Positions 19,132 to 32,400 of a DNA stretch of 33,478 nucleotides are shown in pieces (within the stretch, counting starts at the first letter, position 1; every line of letters starts with the position of its first letter). The DNA lies in NCBI GenBank assembly GCA_008369845.1, contig MRSU01004599.1, forward strand, positions 1 through 33,478, read 5' to 3'. The notes under the pieces were generated by a model. It saw nothing but the letters and a program-made list of their open reading frames with translations. It was not told the origin of the DNA and did not search any database. Source of the stretch: Trichomonas gallinae. Taxonomy: Eukaryota. Position numbers and translations under genes: made by a program.

Positions 19132-22100
19132 TTTTACTTTATTTCATGCTTTGTTCTGCCCAAGAATCATCGTTTATCGATGGATTTGTGACTTTTAACT
19201 TCACATATGAGGGCGTACGGGCATCTTTCTTCTCAAATCTCTCGATAAAAATTCGAAAATTAAAAGGATCGTTAATTGATCAAGTTGAAGTGCAGCCCTC
19301 TGGTTATTGGATATCAGATGCTACACTACCGGGCGAAATATCAATCCAAATCGAATCGCCAGATGGAGTCAATTTCGAAAATAGAAATTTTACAATTCGA
19401 GCTCCATATGATCATTCAATAGATTTCGTTATTACTGGTTTTGATATTTCTGGACAGATTTTATGTGTTTCAGAAATTGGCCAAATCAATATAACAAATG
19501 AAACCAGTTCTACAGATCAAAATTCAACCAATAATATCACAAATAAAGAGAGATCACCTTTATTTGTACCAGTTACCGTCGATTTAATCAATATACAAGA
19601 AAAAACAAAAATATCGAATCAAACAAATCAAAGTCACTTTTGTTTTAGCAACCTTAAGCCAGGCATATACAGAATACGATTACCGAACATTACTTTTCGC
19701 TCAAAAGTTTTTGAAATCAAATCAAATCCTTTAACTGACGTCAAACTCGAGGTAGATTCATGGGAACCATATGGTGTTGTTATATTCCCGCAAAATGTTA
19801 CAATTCCATCAATTGTTCTAAATCTTGATTCATGGCGCTTTTCTACACAAATTAACGTTGATTCTACAGGACATTTTAAACTAGCAAATATTCCCAAAGG
19901 AAATTACGTATTATCATGCAAACATCCGAAGTTTAAAATTTCTTCTGCAAATATCACAATAAATGAAAACGCATTGACAAATCTAATAGAATTATACTAT
20001 TTGGGAACACATATAAGCGGAACTGTTTATTTGACAAACAAAGAACCATGCAAAAATGCTTTAGTTAAGTTAATCGAATTAGATATTTCATGCTATACAG
20101 ATAATCACGGCAGATTTACGCTTGAAAATGTAATTCCAATACGTCTACCGACAATTAAAGTGTTTTATCCATTCTGGATTTTTTCCATTCCAATTATTCA
20201 GACGATTGGAACAAATCCACCAAGAGACTTAACAATAACTGCAACACATGGACCTATTTCAGGAAATTCTGATTGTTTGGATTATAACGTTTCAATTAGC
20301 TCGGATCCAGAAAATATTCTTGAAGTTCACAATGGATCCTTTACGATCATTGCACCATTGAACAATCCTGTATTAGTTACTATTTCATCTGAATGTAAGC
20401 TAGATTCTGATGCTTTTCTCGTTCAATCACCAAAAAATATCGAATTTTACACAAAGCATTCGAAAGTTAAAGGTTTCATTGGTGTAATAGTAGGAGATTA
20501 TGATACTCCAACTGTTGTGTTATCAGGAAAGCATAATTATTCAGCAAAAGTTAAATCAAACGGATACGTTAATTTTGATTCGGTACCACCAGGATATTAT
20601 GATGTATATATTGAGTCCGACAACAACACATTTTACAAATTCAATATTACCAATGTTACTATAGTAAATGAATCTCAATTTATTGGAGTTGTTGCAAATT
20701 TTGGTCACCATCAATATAGACTTTACTCTCATTATAATATGTCGATTTTCACTGCTCCAAACACTATAACACATTTGACAAAAGGATGGAATACAGTTCA
20801 AACGAAAGTTTACAGTATCATTCCAACAGACTGCTATAATTTTGATTCTTTCAAACCGGTAGATAACATGGTCATCAATGTAACAGAAGTTATTCGAAAA
20901 GTCGTAATTTTAGGAAATTCTAAAATTGCTCAAAGTGAAATCAAAGTTAATGGCGAAAAGCTTGAAGAACCATACAGATTCATACAGAAAGTTGGTGAAA
21001 TTCCAAAAATAGAATGTTTTGTCAGAAAACCATTTATTGTCGAAAATCCAATTGTTTATGCAGACTTTCCACATAACTGTTCACAATCAGTAATTTATTT
21101 TGAGATCAAATACAAGACAGAAATAGAAGGAAACATTATTCCTGCCGTTGAAAATGTAAATGTTTCATTATTTTCTCAAGGAAAATTCCTAGGAACAGCT
21201 TTATCGGATGAAGCAGGTCACTACAAGATATATAATGTCACATATCTTCAAGCACTGGAACTCAAGGCCTTTAAAGATTCATATAAATTCGAACAAAGGA
21301 AAGGAACATTTGATTTTGATTCCCGCAAGTTGTCTACAATTTTCGTGAACTTTTCGATGCCAGTTGATGGAGCTTTGATATCAATTTCATCAATAAATGG
21401 GTTCCATGACATCAAGACTATAACAAACTCATCAGCTATATTCGAAAATCTCGAAAATGATCAATATTACATTAAACCAATTCTCAAAGAATTCGAATTT
21501 GAACCTTTGCATCATAGAGTTTTCGTTATAGATGGAAATGACTCAGTTATCAACTTCGTCGCATATAAGAACAGATTTTCTATATCTGGATTTGTCTATG
21601 ACATTAATAACAAAGGCATGGAAAATGTGGAGTTGGCAATAACAGATAAAAACGGTATAACAAATCAAATCAAAAGCGAAAAATCAGGAAAATATACATT
21701 TTCGAACATGAAATCTAGCAATGGGTACAAGATTACAGCAGGTGAGACAGAGAACTACAAGATTACTCCTAGTTTTGTAACATTAAACATATCTAAGAAA
21801 AATGTAGAAAATGTTAATTTCAGAACAATTCCTTTGAAGAAAAGAATCGATTTAATTGGCGAAATATATCATTCGGCCATTGAAATTTCAGATATTTTAG
21901 TATCAATAAGTGATGAAAATAAGGTGTTACAAACACACGAGTTCAAATCATCACTGCCTATATTCTTTTTCACAGATGTTCCAGAGAGAAGAATTACATT
22001 GCGCACCATGACAAAAAGTATTCAAGGAAGAAGCAGTATTTGCCATGAATCATCATTTATTCCACATAATAGTATAGAACAGGTCAGTATTGCATGTAGA

Positions 22101-22241
22101 AATGAAGAAGAAATCCAAACTTCTGATGTCATTGCATCACCATTAGAAGCAACATTTGTTACTTCGTTCTTATTCTGTACACTTATTTTATTACTCAATT
22201 TCAAAAGGTTTATGAGCCTTATTAGTCATTTTATCAAATAA
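19128..22241 (+). CDS. NOMO: Nodal modulator (NOMO)-like type I ER membrane protein with prealbumin/carboxypeptidase-regulatory-like repeats
   Basis: Signal peptide, C-terminal TM segment, many N-x-S/T sites; NOMO-like motifs GYW...G.I.I.IESPDG..FE, DFVITGFDISG and YYIKPILKEFEFEP...RFSISGFV. Confidence 0.8.
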   Translation: MILLYFMLCSAQESSFIDGFVTFNFTYEGVRASFFSNLSIKIRKLKGSLIDQVEVQPSGYWISDATLPGEISIQIESPDGVNFENRNFTIRAPYDHSIDFVITGFDISGQILCVSEIGQINITNETSSTDQNSTNNITNKERSPLFVPVTVDLINIQEKTKISNQTNQSHFCFSNLKPGIYRIRLPNITFRSKVFEIKSNPLTDVKLEVDSWEPYGVVIFPQNVTIPSIVLNLDSWRFSTQINVDSTGHFKLANIPKGNYVLSCKHPKFKISSANITINENALTNLIELYYLGTHISGTVYLTNKEPCKNALVKLIELDISCYTDNHGRFTLENVIPIRLPTIKVFYPFWIFSIPIIQTIGTNPPRDLTITATHGPISGNSDCLDYNVSISSDPENILEVHNGSFTIIAPLNNPVLVTISSECKLDSDAFLVQSPKNIEFYTKHSKVKGFIGVIVGDYDTPTVVLSGKHNYSAKVKSNGYVNFDSVPPGYYDVYIESDNNTFYKFNITNVTIVNESQFIGVVANFGHHQYRLYSHYNMSIFTAPNTITHLTKGWNTVQTKVYSIIPTDCYNFDSFKPVDNMVINVTEVIRKVVILGNSKIAQSEIKVNGEKLEEPYRFIQKVGEIPKIECFVRKPFIVENPIVYADFPHNCSQSVIYFEIKYKTEIEGNIIPAVENVNVSLFSQGKFLGTALSDEAGHYKIYNVTYLQALELKAFKDSYKFEQRKGTFDFDSRKLSTIFVNFSMPVDGALISISSINGFHDIKTITNSSAIFENLENDQYYIKPILKEFEFEPLHHRVFVIDGNDSVINFVAYKNRFSISGFVYDINNKGMENVELAITDKNGITNQIKSEKSGKYTFSNMKSSNGYKITAGETENYKITPSFVTLNISKKNVENVNFRTIPLKKRIDLIGEIYHSAIEISDILVSISDENKVLQTHEFKSSLPIFFFTDVPERRITLRTMTKSIQGRSSICHESSFIPHNSIEQVSIACRNEEEIQTSDVIASPLEATFVTSFLFCTLILLLNFKRFMSLISHFIK

Positions 22242-22505
22242 TTAATCAAATTGTTATTATTTTTTGTTTTTGTTAGCATATTATTGTAAATATTAGTCAT
22301 TCAATCTTTCCGATTTAGTTTTTGTTCAAATTTCATATTTTATAAAAATATTTTTACCGTAAATATATTATTTGATTTCATAAATCATTATTTCTAAAGT
22401 AATTAGCGACAAATATTTTTTCCAAAATCTGATTATTAAATTATTGAAAAAATATGAAATATAAAATTTGATTTTGTTTTTGAATTTACATTTATTAAGA
22501 CTAGT

Positions 22506-22925
22506 TTACTTGAGATAGCTCTTGATCTTTGGTGTGTGGAGAAGAGTTCCAGCAATTGGGCAAATTCCCTGTTCAGCTTGTGCAATAATAGCTTCAAGCT
22601 TCTCACGTGGGCAGTCAGCGTCTGTAGAAACTCCAATTCTGAAGTTATCCATTCTCTTCTGTGGCTTGAACTCCCAGTCATTATTAACTTCGATCTCAAG
22701 TTTTGTGTATTTGATTCCATTCTTGTCGAGAAGGAACTTGATTCCATTGCCAGCGCAAGCTCCGAGACCCATAAGGAGGTAATCTGGTGGTGTTGGAGCA
22801 GATCCTGGACCAGTTGTCATAACGCAGCCTTTTCCATCCTTGTTGACAGTAAACCATTCCAATCCATGAATGAGCTTGGCTGTGGCCTTGTCACCGCGTG
22901 AGAATAAACTCGTGCTTGTGAGCAT
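22506..22925 (-). CDS. osmC: OsmC/Ohr-family peroxidase with a predicted hydrogenosomal presequence
   Basis: PTPPDYLLMGLGACAG and CPIAGTL (the two family cysteines); N-terminus MLTSTSLFSRG; ATG at 22925 (the track start is a TTG); TAAA overlaps the stop. Confidence 0.9.
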   Translation of the reverse strand: MLTSTSLFSRGDKATAKLIHGLEWFTVNKDGKGCVMTTGPGSAPTPPDYLLMGLGACAGNGIKFLLDKNGIKYTKLEIEVNNDWEFKPQKRMDNFRIGVSTDADCPREKLEAIIAQAEQGICPIAGTLLHTPKIKSYLK

Positions 22926-22930
22926 CAAAA

Positions 22931-22936
22931 AAGTGA
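22931..22936 (-). promoter_or_regulatory. Initiator (Inr) TCACTT of OsmC
   Basis: Minus strand TCACTTTTTTG-ATG is a canonical trichomonad Inr, 5 nt before the start codon. Confidence 0.75.
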
Positions 22937-24130
22937 AGTAATAAAAAAAATTATCATTCTTTCACATATTGAGAGATCAGATACACACATTCTCAATCAT
23001 AACAACATCTTTGGCTATTTATAGAACCCTTTACCATGTTGATACTTTGGTGCTGCTTAAAATGCTTGATTTACAAAACGTAGATAACTACGATCAATTT
23101 ATTTGTGAAACCAACTCAATGATTGGATTTTATTATTCGATAATCATGACTATAATAAAGTTACATTACTATGATAATATAGCATCATTTAGATAATCAA
23201 AATGCATGAAAAAGAAATATCATAAACTATTACTTGTATATTATACTGAATGATCAGTATTACATGATATCCATACCTATTTCATTGATTTTAACTAACC
23301 TATTTTTTATGAACTTCAAAACATATCATTGATATTGACATTATTTGTGCATGATGTCAATGTATTTCCGATAAATTTTACTAAATTGCCTAGTTCTAAA
23401 CCTGTTTTCATAAATTAGAACACTTGATTTTGCAATAAAGATTTAATATAAAAAAATCCAAAAACGTAGTATAAATATTCATATAATTGCAATATTCTTT
23501 AATGTACTCAAGTTTGAGATGTTGTTTGGAATGACAATAAGAAATTTACAATTTTCAATCTATACTTACGATAAGTTTCACATATGTTCATATGTAACTC
23601 ATTTAATCGAATATTCAAGTTCAAATGTACGCATTTGCGGGCTTCTGCATTTTAATTCAAAAAAATTTATCTCAATTATATAATGAACATAATATTTTGG
23701 TGCAAACAAATAGACAGAACTATTATTGTATTATGATTCACTTAAAACAACTAAATCGTTATTGTGTTTCGATGTATTATATTAAATAATATTGTTAATA
23801 GTACTATCGATATCAATATCACATAGGGTGTCTATATTTATACTACTGTGAGATAGAAAACAATATTCCAAGACAGTAATGTTATTTGAACCAAAACGAA
23901 TGCGGAACAAAGACAAATATTCACATTACATTGTATAATGCTGTTCTTTGTATCAAAATAAAGCGAATCTATATTTCTTTTTGTGCATTCCAATAAACAG
24001 TAACATTTGAAAATCGAGCAATAATTAAGCATCATATGATTCAAGTGTGAATATAGTTAAACCAAATTAATAAGGAACGGCTAAATATAAGATTTTCAAA
24101 ATTTGGTCTCAAAAAACTCGGAGATCATCA

Positions 24131-24330
24131 AAATACCCTCAGCTACAGGTTTACATCGATATCTTTAATCCGCTAAATCAGTTTGAAAGGACTGAAGAAG
24201 AAGTTTTGCAATAGCACTTTTTTTTACAAATAAAAAAGATTTTGTTATATGGTCCATTATTATCAAATTCATATATAGTTCATGAGATATCAAAACTTTA
24301 CAATTATCAATGAACACTATTCAATTTTCA
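24131..24330 (+). pseudogene. Possible decayed N-terminal fragment of the trichomonad DUF3447/ankyrin gene family
   Basis: KYPQLQVYIDIFNPLNQFERTEEEVLQ* resembles the family's YID.FNALYQLKTE.EEEL motif; in-frame TAG at 24212 and a probable frameshift in the T-run. Confidence 0.3.
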
Positions 24331-24885
24331 TCATGCTATTGTTATGAGTGAAATCATCCATATAATGCAAATACAAAAAAATAAAAAGCAACAAAAAAGT
24401 GGAATGACTGAAAAGTTTTTCTACTATAATTCTGATTCTTTTTATATAATATTGCTTATATGATTGCTATACTAAGAATAGGCGAGTCCGATCATAAACT
24501 TTTAACTGTGGCTTTAACCTCCCGCGATCACTCAAAATTTTGAAATCAAATCTATCATTTCCATATATTTAGAATGCCTACTGTCACGGCAGCTAAACAA
24601 ACCAGGTAAAGGTATTCAGAAGACGTTACAAATTGTGACTCAAAAAATTATCCTCAAAAGAATCAAGGTTTATTTTAATTATGCATGCCTGCTAAATAAA
24701 TCAAGTGATCAACTATGTTGTAAATTTTTGAATGTTATTCAATTGAAAACTCTCACAAAAAATTCAAATGAATGTAATTTTGTAAAGTTATAAAATTTAT
24801 TCACCATAATATCTATAACATGTTATTTATCATATTTTCGAGTTTTGGGAAAATATCAGAAATTGGTTCAATAACGTTTTCAAAT

Positions 24886-24896
24886 TCATTTTCATT
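24886..24896 (+). promoter_or_regulatory. Tandem Inr elements (TCATT x2) of the CAMK-like gene
   Basis: TCATTTTCATT ends 8 nt before the ATG at 24905. Confidence 0.7.
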
Positions 24897-24904
24897 ATAT
24901 TTCC

Positions 24905-25846
24905 ATGCAAGTTTCCAACGCTGAAGTCGAATTATTCACGAAGCACGGCTTCCAGTTTACTTCTACCATCAGCCAGAACAATATGTCTACTATATTCCTC
25001 GTTTACTCCATTAATAACCAAAAGAATTATATCTTATCAAGATTTTCGCTTAACTGCTTCCGAATGCATGATATTCCTAGTATGGAGACACTCACGCAAA
25101 ACACTGCAGTTAAGTTATATACATATTACCAGTTCAGTGGTTCAGCTTATTTCGTTCATGACTACAATCCACCAGAATTCTTCTCTAGCATGCATAAGCG
25201 CAAACTTACTGCACTTAATGATGAACAAGTCCTTAAGTACTGCTATGAAATTCTTGTTGCCATTAAGAAATGCCACGATAAGAACATTGCATATAATGAT
25301 ATTTCGACATCAAATTTTATCTTTGATAAGGATGGCAGAATCAAGATTTGTGATCTAAACATTAACCTCCTTTGCAATATGAAGACTGAAAAGAGAGCAC
25401 ACAACTCAATCTTGTTTATTGCTCCTGAAGTCTTTGGAAAGAAGGAGTATAACCCAATCAAATCCGATATATGGTCCATTGGTGTCTCTTTCTTTTATCT
25501 CGCTACAGGATTTTATCCTTTCTTTGCCCGTGATGCTGCCACTCAAATAAGACAGATCAACACAGGAATCTATCCAATATTCTTAATCGAAAATGGACAC
25601 CTTAGAGAGGTTATAATGAACTGTCTTAATGTAAATCCAGAGGAAAGATTCTCTGTCGATGAATTACTTGCATTAACTTACTTTGACAGCTTAAAATCTA
25701 AAAAGGAAGTCCAAAAGAATCGTATTAGAGTTAATTACGCAAAGACTTCATTGATGGTCAATCCTTTTATCCAAAAAATGTCCCAGATGAAACAAACAAG
25801 AATATCTAGAGTACCATATATAAGGAGAGCTGGAGTTCTTGTTTGA
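24905..25846 (+). CDS. CAMK-like protein kinase domain, probable pseudokinase
   Basis: C-lobe motifs FIAPEVF, KSDIWSIGV and P.ERFS are intact; the glycine-rich loop, VAIK, HRD (reads YND) and DFG (reads DLN) are degenerate. Confidence 0.85.
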   Translation: MQVSNAEVELFTKHGFQFTSTISQNNMSTIFLVYSINNQKNYILSRFSLNCFRMHDIPSMETLTQNTAVKLYTYYQFSGSAYFVHDYNPPEFFSSMHKRKLTALNDEQVLKYCYEILVAIKKCHDKNIAYNDISTSNFIFDKDGRIKICDLNINLLCNMKTEKRAHNSILFIAPEVFGKKEYNPIKSDIWSIGVSFFYLATGFYPFFARDAATQIRQINTGIYPIFLIENGHLREVIMNCLNVNPEERFSVDELLALTYFDSLKSKKEVQKNRIRVNYAKTSLMVNPFIQKMSQMKQTRISRVPYIRRAGVLV

Positions 25847-26489
25847 AAAATATTAATATTTGTTTGTAATTTTTATATTATTGTAAATTATCTTTATCAT
25901 GTTCCTTAACTTAATCAATTCTTAAAAGTAATAACCACTACTAACGATAATAAACAATACTATTAAATGCTGAATATAGTAACCAAACATATTTTTTTTG
26001 TTTCAATATTCAAACAAGAAACCAAATTCAAAAATGACTTACTATAATTATAAACGCATATGTCCATTATATCATTATACAATCTTATTTTTCTCGGAGT
26101 GCATTATACATTTCATGTTATTGACTACCAGAAAACTGATTCAAAGTCAAAGCTACTATAAGCGATATTTCGCAAAATGTGTAAAACTTTATAGTCGATT
26201 TATTTCATTACAATAATATGATGAGTAGCAAAATAATTAAATCAATTTTTCAGATTTTGTTGTGTAATTTAAGTGTATGATATGATAAAATGATTATTCC
26301 AGTAATTATTTTTAAATGATGATTATTTTGACATTTTACTATTATTCTATCATGTAAATAATTTGTAAAGTGTCATTTTCAATGCATTTTGACAAGTAAA
26401 GTGTCATATTCTCGATATTTTGATTGATTTTTTTTTCTAAGAAAAGTGACATGTTTTCTCAATATTGTTACACATTAAAAAAATCAGAT

Positions 26490-29400
26490 ATGCAGGGTCC
26501 TTCAACAGATGATTTCATTAAATTCTTTGTAGAAGATGGTGAAATTACGAATGATGTTGAGGAATCTATGAGTTTCTTCTTCAATAACGAGCAATGTTGT
26601 CGAAATTTTCTCAGTAAGTCAGGTTTGAGAAAAATAATTGAGATTCAGCGTTCAAAAGACGATATGTTGTCATTAAATCGCATTTTGCCGTTTATAAAAA
26701 CAAATTCATTTTTTAAGGCTATCGATTCATTCATGACCGAGGATATAGAAGCGATTATCTACATCATTATCGACTCACTACTACCACCAGAACAAAATAT
26801 TACGCTAATTGATTTAATATTTCAAACAATATTTCTTATCTCGAGAAATCGAAGGACACTTATCAAAAATCTCTCAGATCCATTAACAAGATACTCAGAA
26901 TATATTAAAACTGCGTCGCTTCCCATTGTTTCAATGTTCGGTGACTTATTAAAATGTTCTACAGAAGGATATAGTTGGGAAATATATACATTACTCAACA
27001 AAATCTTCAAATACGAAGCATGCAAAAGAAATTCTCGTCTTTTTATTCTCGAAATCATTGCAGATGAGATTATTTGGAAAGATCCACGTGTTGCTATAGA
27101 AGATTGGCAAATCCCTGAAGTCTCTGACTCCAATGACTTCTTCAATGCCTATACACGCGTATCAAACATATATATATCGAATAGAAAAAATGATGCTTAT
27201 CGAATTGTTGAGTTTCTTTCATTCCAAATTGCTCCTTTCCCTAGAGACACGGTCAGGGTTGAAGCAATTATTCAATATCTTTCAACATTAATTACAGGTT
27301 TTCAGCTAAATTCAGAGCAATTTGGAGATGACAAATTTTTAAGTCTTATTATTGAAAATACAACACCATTCAACTTAGCTATGTATTTAAATGCTATGGA
27401 TGGCATAATGTACCTTCTAAAACTCATCCTTGACAACAAAAGAAGAAGATGGGCCACAGAATTGGTTATTGACGCATTAGTTCAAGCATTGCCACATGAC
27501 ACAGATGATATAATCTATAATTTCTTGTTTCAAGTCTTTTCTAACAACATTTGTTATTCAATTGTTATTGGATTATTAAGAAATTTGCAAATTCCGAAAG
27601 TATTTGAACTTACACGACTTATCAACTCAGTATCACCAGGATTTCAACCATTTTTCACAAAATATGACTGTTTTTCTGGACTTCCATTCGATGATCCTGT
27701 GTTTTCAATGAGTTTCTTGAGTTTGATGAAAGATTATATAGCTAACTACAATTGTCACGCATTTGATGACTGGGTCGTTGAACAAACATCAACCAGCAAA
27801 GTTTTTCAAATTTCTCCACAAGTTTTATCGAATTTCCTTCCAGAAAATCCATATGACCCAATTTTATTCCCTTCTCTTCTGCTTCTCACGGATTTTAAGC
27901 CTGGTCCAACATTGCCATCAAATAAATTTTTGATTGGATTTTATTCTATACACGTTGCACAGAAATTGAACAAGAAATTGCATTCAATAGACAATCTTAA
28001 AAGCGTAGTATCAAGATTCATTCGAACAAGTGATGCTTTCGCTATATTAAAAGAAGATAACATAAAATCCATTGGTTTATTGACACACAGAATAGATCCA
28101 AGTCTTTACGAGTTCCATCCGAGAAGGGGCAAATCATGGATAGCTTTTCCTTCGAATATGAATTCAATTGCATTTGCAATTTATATAGATTCCGAAATAA
28201 GAGACTACCCATTGTTTACAATCAGTGGGCAGCAGTTTATCATCAAGAATGACACGTTTTTGTTCCATAATAATAAGAAAAAAATCGATATTACTCCAAA
28301 AACTTGGTATTACTTTGGAGTATTTAAAGCTGATAGAAATATCCATGTCTACTGTCAACAATATCTCATAGAATCCTTCTCTGCACGCTCGATTGACTTG
28401 ATTGTCGGTTCTAAAGAACATGATCCCGGATTAGTTTTCTATTTATCAGCAAATGTTGCTTTTAACGTTCCACTCGACAGATTCATGACGAGTAACTACG
28501 TAATGCACCCAAGCGCTCTACTAATTAAAAATGGTTATGTGACATTTGTTCCAATTCACTCTTTCGACATGGTTATAACGAAAAAGAAGTCAGTCCAGAA
28601 ATTATTCGACTTAATGTTGAGAACCCATGACCAAGACGAGCTTAGAACTTTGGTTTCTTTCATTTCTCAGTTGCCTCTTTTTTCGAAGAAACTCGGTGAA
28701 TGGTTTTTCAAGAAATTCGCGCATAACTTAGTAGAATGCATTGATAGAATCGATTTGAGTTTGTTAATGATATATGTAGCTTGCTGTCTTTCATCATCTG
28801 AATTCTTGGCTCTTGTTCCTCGTTGGCTCTCTTTCATTGTCGCTGATTATAGACTGTGGACGAATTTGAACGAAAATATTTTGAAGGAGTTCGTAATAAG
28901 TTTGTGCGGGACTCTTTCTCACAAGAAAGGATTCGACTGGGACTTGTTCTACAAACTAATATCACCGACAATATTCGTTGTAATGACAAATTCGAAATAT
29001 GAAATAGTTATTCCTAGATTAATCGAATTCATGAGAGTAATGTTAAATAATTGTCACCATATGAATACAATCCAAGATTTTCTCATGAAAATCATGTCTT
29101 TCAACATGTTAACGAAATTTTTCGGCAAAACAATTAACAATGATTTAGCTAATCAAATGTATTCAGAGAATGAAGTAGTCAATAACATGCAGGAAGAGTT
29201 TTTAATCATGGCAATATCTATGGGCGAAAACAAAAAAGTTGATTTTCTCGGACAATCAACAAGATTGTTTTTGAGCCTTTTCATGTCAATTAACATAAGT
29301 GTTACATTGATTTCGTCAATAGTAATGAACCCAGCGAATGACGAATTCATTAATCATAATATAAACACAGTAGCAAGAGCAATGCAGAGGCTTGCCAACG

Positions 29401-32400
29401 AAAGGATTGTTTGGGACATTTTCATGAGTTATGCGATAGGAAAACCAGGTGTTTTGGACTCAAATAACGAAATACAGAAGCCAAATGCTTATCCTGTGTT
29501 CTTTGCAATGTTGAAAACAGTTTTCTCGTCATCAGATAACCAGTTAATTAAATCAGTCCTCAAAGCTTTTTCAAACATGAAAATTGATTCTGATCAGATT
29601 TTGAAGCCATCGATTTTCTCATATTTCATTGAGTTGATTAGTTTCAAATCTCCAGATCTAAAATTATTCGAAAACTTGCAGCTTAATGTAGATAATACGG
29701 AATTCAATATCCAACAAATCAAACGAAATTCGAAATTTATGGAATTCTTGAATTTACAAAAAATTACAGATGAAGATCCAAGCGTTTTATACATCGAACA
29801 CATATCACAATTCCTAGAGGACTTAGTTAATACAATACAATCTGTGGATTTCAACAATTTCATGATGTTCATGAAAGTTTTGATAATTTATTCTCATAAG
29901 TTTATCTTGAATTATTTCGTTTTTAATTTCGTCAAAAAAGTTTGGAATAACAATGATTTAATTCCTCATTTCATTGTAGATTTGTTAACATTCATTTTAA
30001 TCATGCGACAATCAGAGTATTTTGAGTTCAATCTGCATCAAATGATTATAGAAAGAGTTAATACTTCACCTCATCAAGCATCGAATTTTAAAGATCATCT
30101 GATTTACTTGATTCCTTTATTAGATTCCGAAAAACAGATAGAATTGCAACAATTAATCAAAGGACAATCAGCAGAGTACATGGATGACATTTTGTACACA
30201 CTATCAATTATCAAAACTAAAAATGTTTTCAACAAATTCGAAACATTCGAAAATTTCAAAATTTTCGTCAAAAGTTTGGTAGGTTATGATGACTTAATAG
30301 AGAAAACCAGCCAAATAGAGAATTTTGATGACATTTATAGCTTAGACTTGTCTGTTTTAGACTCGGAATTTGAAACGGACAAACAAAGAATTTTGTCTAA
30401 TTTAGACCAATTTTTCATCAACAAGCAAAAACCAGTTTTGTACGAAATTCGTCACCAGTTGTTTGTTTTTGAGAATGTCAAAGACAATATCGACTACACT
30501 TTGTCTTTTCTCAAGAATTTCTATAGGAATCTTAACAGTTATTGCAGGCACAACGAAAAACACAAAATTCATTTCTATCAACGATTATACAGAGAAACAT
30601 TCTCCGAAGTTAAAAACTCTGAGGATCTCGAAAATCTCACAAAATCTTTCTTTATTTCAACAATAGATGTTCCTCCTTACTTCAGATCAATAATCTCACG
30701 ATCTCCTTTCCCTCTTCCTCATCCTACAGCTGAAAAATATGAGCGACAAAGTTTTGAAACATTTTTCGGTTTGACAAATTTCAAAGAAGTTTCTTATCTA
30801 CTCCCTGAATATCTTCCACAAATCATGTCGTATTCAGTAGTCTTCCATCCGGAATGTGTCAATGCCTGGAAACAGTTCTGCGACATCTACAAGATCGACA
30901 ATAATTGCACTTTTTCGAATGCTGTTTTCGTCAGAGTTGACATTCGCGAAAAAAGTCTCGTTATCAAAAAAGAAAGCAAATTAATAATATTAATCGGTGC
31001 TGAACTCAATGATAATTCTGAAATGATACTTGAAGACATGAAGCCTCTGTTCGCGGACTCGATAATTCAATCAGCTTTGATTGGCGAATTTGGAAATTGT
31101 TCGCTTTTCTTAGGAAGAATTGTTATAATGGTTGATGATATAACTTTGATAGAAAATTATGTGATTTTGTCAAATCCAAATGCAGTGAAGATCCACTCAA
31201 GTACATGTGGAGCCTTCATTCTCGAGTTCGCGCATACTCCGCCAATCGAAGAATTCATAGGTAAAAGGTCAATGGTTCCGAACAAGAAAGAAATCGTTGA
31301 TAACTGGAAGAGCGGAAAACTTTCTACATTCGATTTCTTGTTCATGATAAACAACATAGCTAAGAGAAGCACATATGATGTGAATGCTTATCCTATCTAC
31401 CCAAGATTGCTCAAAAATCTCGAAGACGAGAATTACAATGAAAATGAAAACATCAGAGATCTGTCAAAACCAGTGCAAATCGTTTTCGATCCAGAGAAAC
31501 TCACAGAAAAATGCATTAAGTGCTTCAAATCACAGAAATATCATCACGCAGAGAACTTATCAAATTCTATTCTCGTTTGCATGTTAAATGTCAGATTTTC
31601 TCCGTTTTGCAGACAGTTATGGGAATTAAATGATGGATGGGACAGAGGAGACAGAGTATTCAGATCAATACCTTCACTACTTTCAATCAAGCAGAAAACT
31701 CAGAACGAGATAATTCCAGAACTTTACTTTATTCCAGAAATTTTGATGAACAAAAATTGCTTCGAAAACATGGACCTAGATTTTCCAAAATGGGCAACTT
31801 CTCCTGTTGATTTCATCGAGAAGTTCAGAGTGGTTCTAGAAAACACTTCAACGAAAGAAAATTTAGTACATTGGATCGATTTGATTTTTGGAAAGAAACA
31901 AACTGGACAAGAAGCAGTTGATTCGATAAACGTTTTCAATCCTTTGTCTTATCCTGTTTTGCAGTCAATTTCTCCACTCCAACAGCCAGAAAATCCAATG
32001 AATTCAAAGAGGCATACGTGGATGATGAACTGCGGAAGTGTGCCTTTTAAGGTTTTTAACGAATCAATTCGTGTTGACTCGCAAAATCAAAAACAATTTC
32101 CAGATATATCATCTGATTTTGCTTCTGTCAAAAATTACGAATTTTCGATTGATTTCAACAAAAATTCAAGTTCTTTGAATTTGATGTCAAGTGTAGATGG
32201 GATTGTTTATTCAAAGCTATTCAAATACGGTTTCACTTACAATAATTTATCTATCAGCCAAAACTTTTTGTATTTCGCTGTTACAACGAATATTGACAGA
32301 GTCTTAACATATACAATCAAATACAACGCAAATGGAAAGCCATCATCATTCAAACGCATCGGAACTCTCAACTGCAACCATCCGAAGTTTACAGTCATTT

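Noticed and set aside
22969..24044. Short AT-rich ORFs (22969-23196, 23838-24044; similarly 15091-15297, 18152-18349, 25998-26216)
   Set aside because: Low-complexity I/F/Y/N-rich translations, mostly with non-ATG starts, typical of non-coding AT-rich DNA
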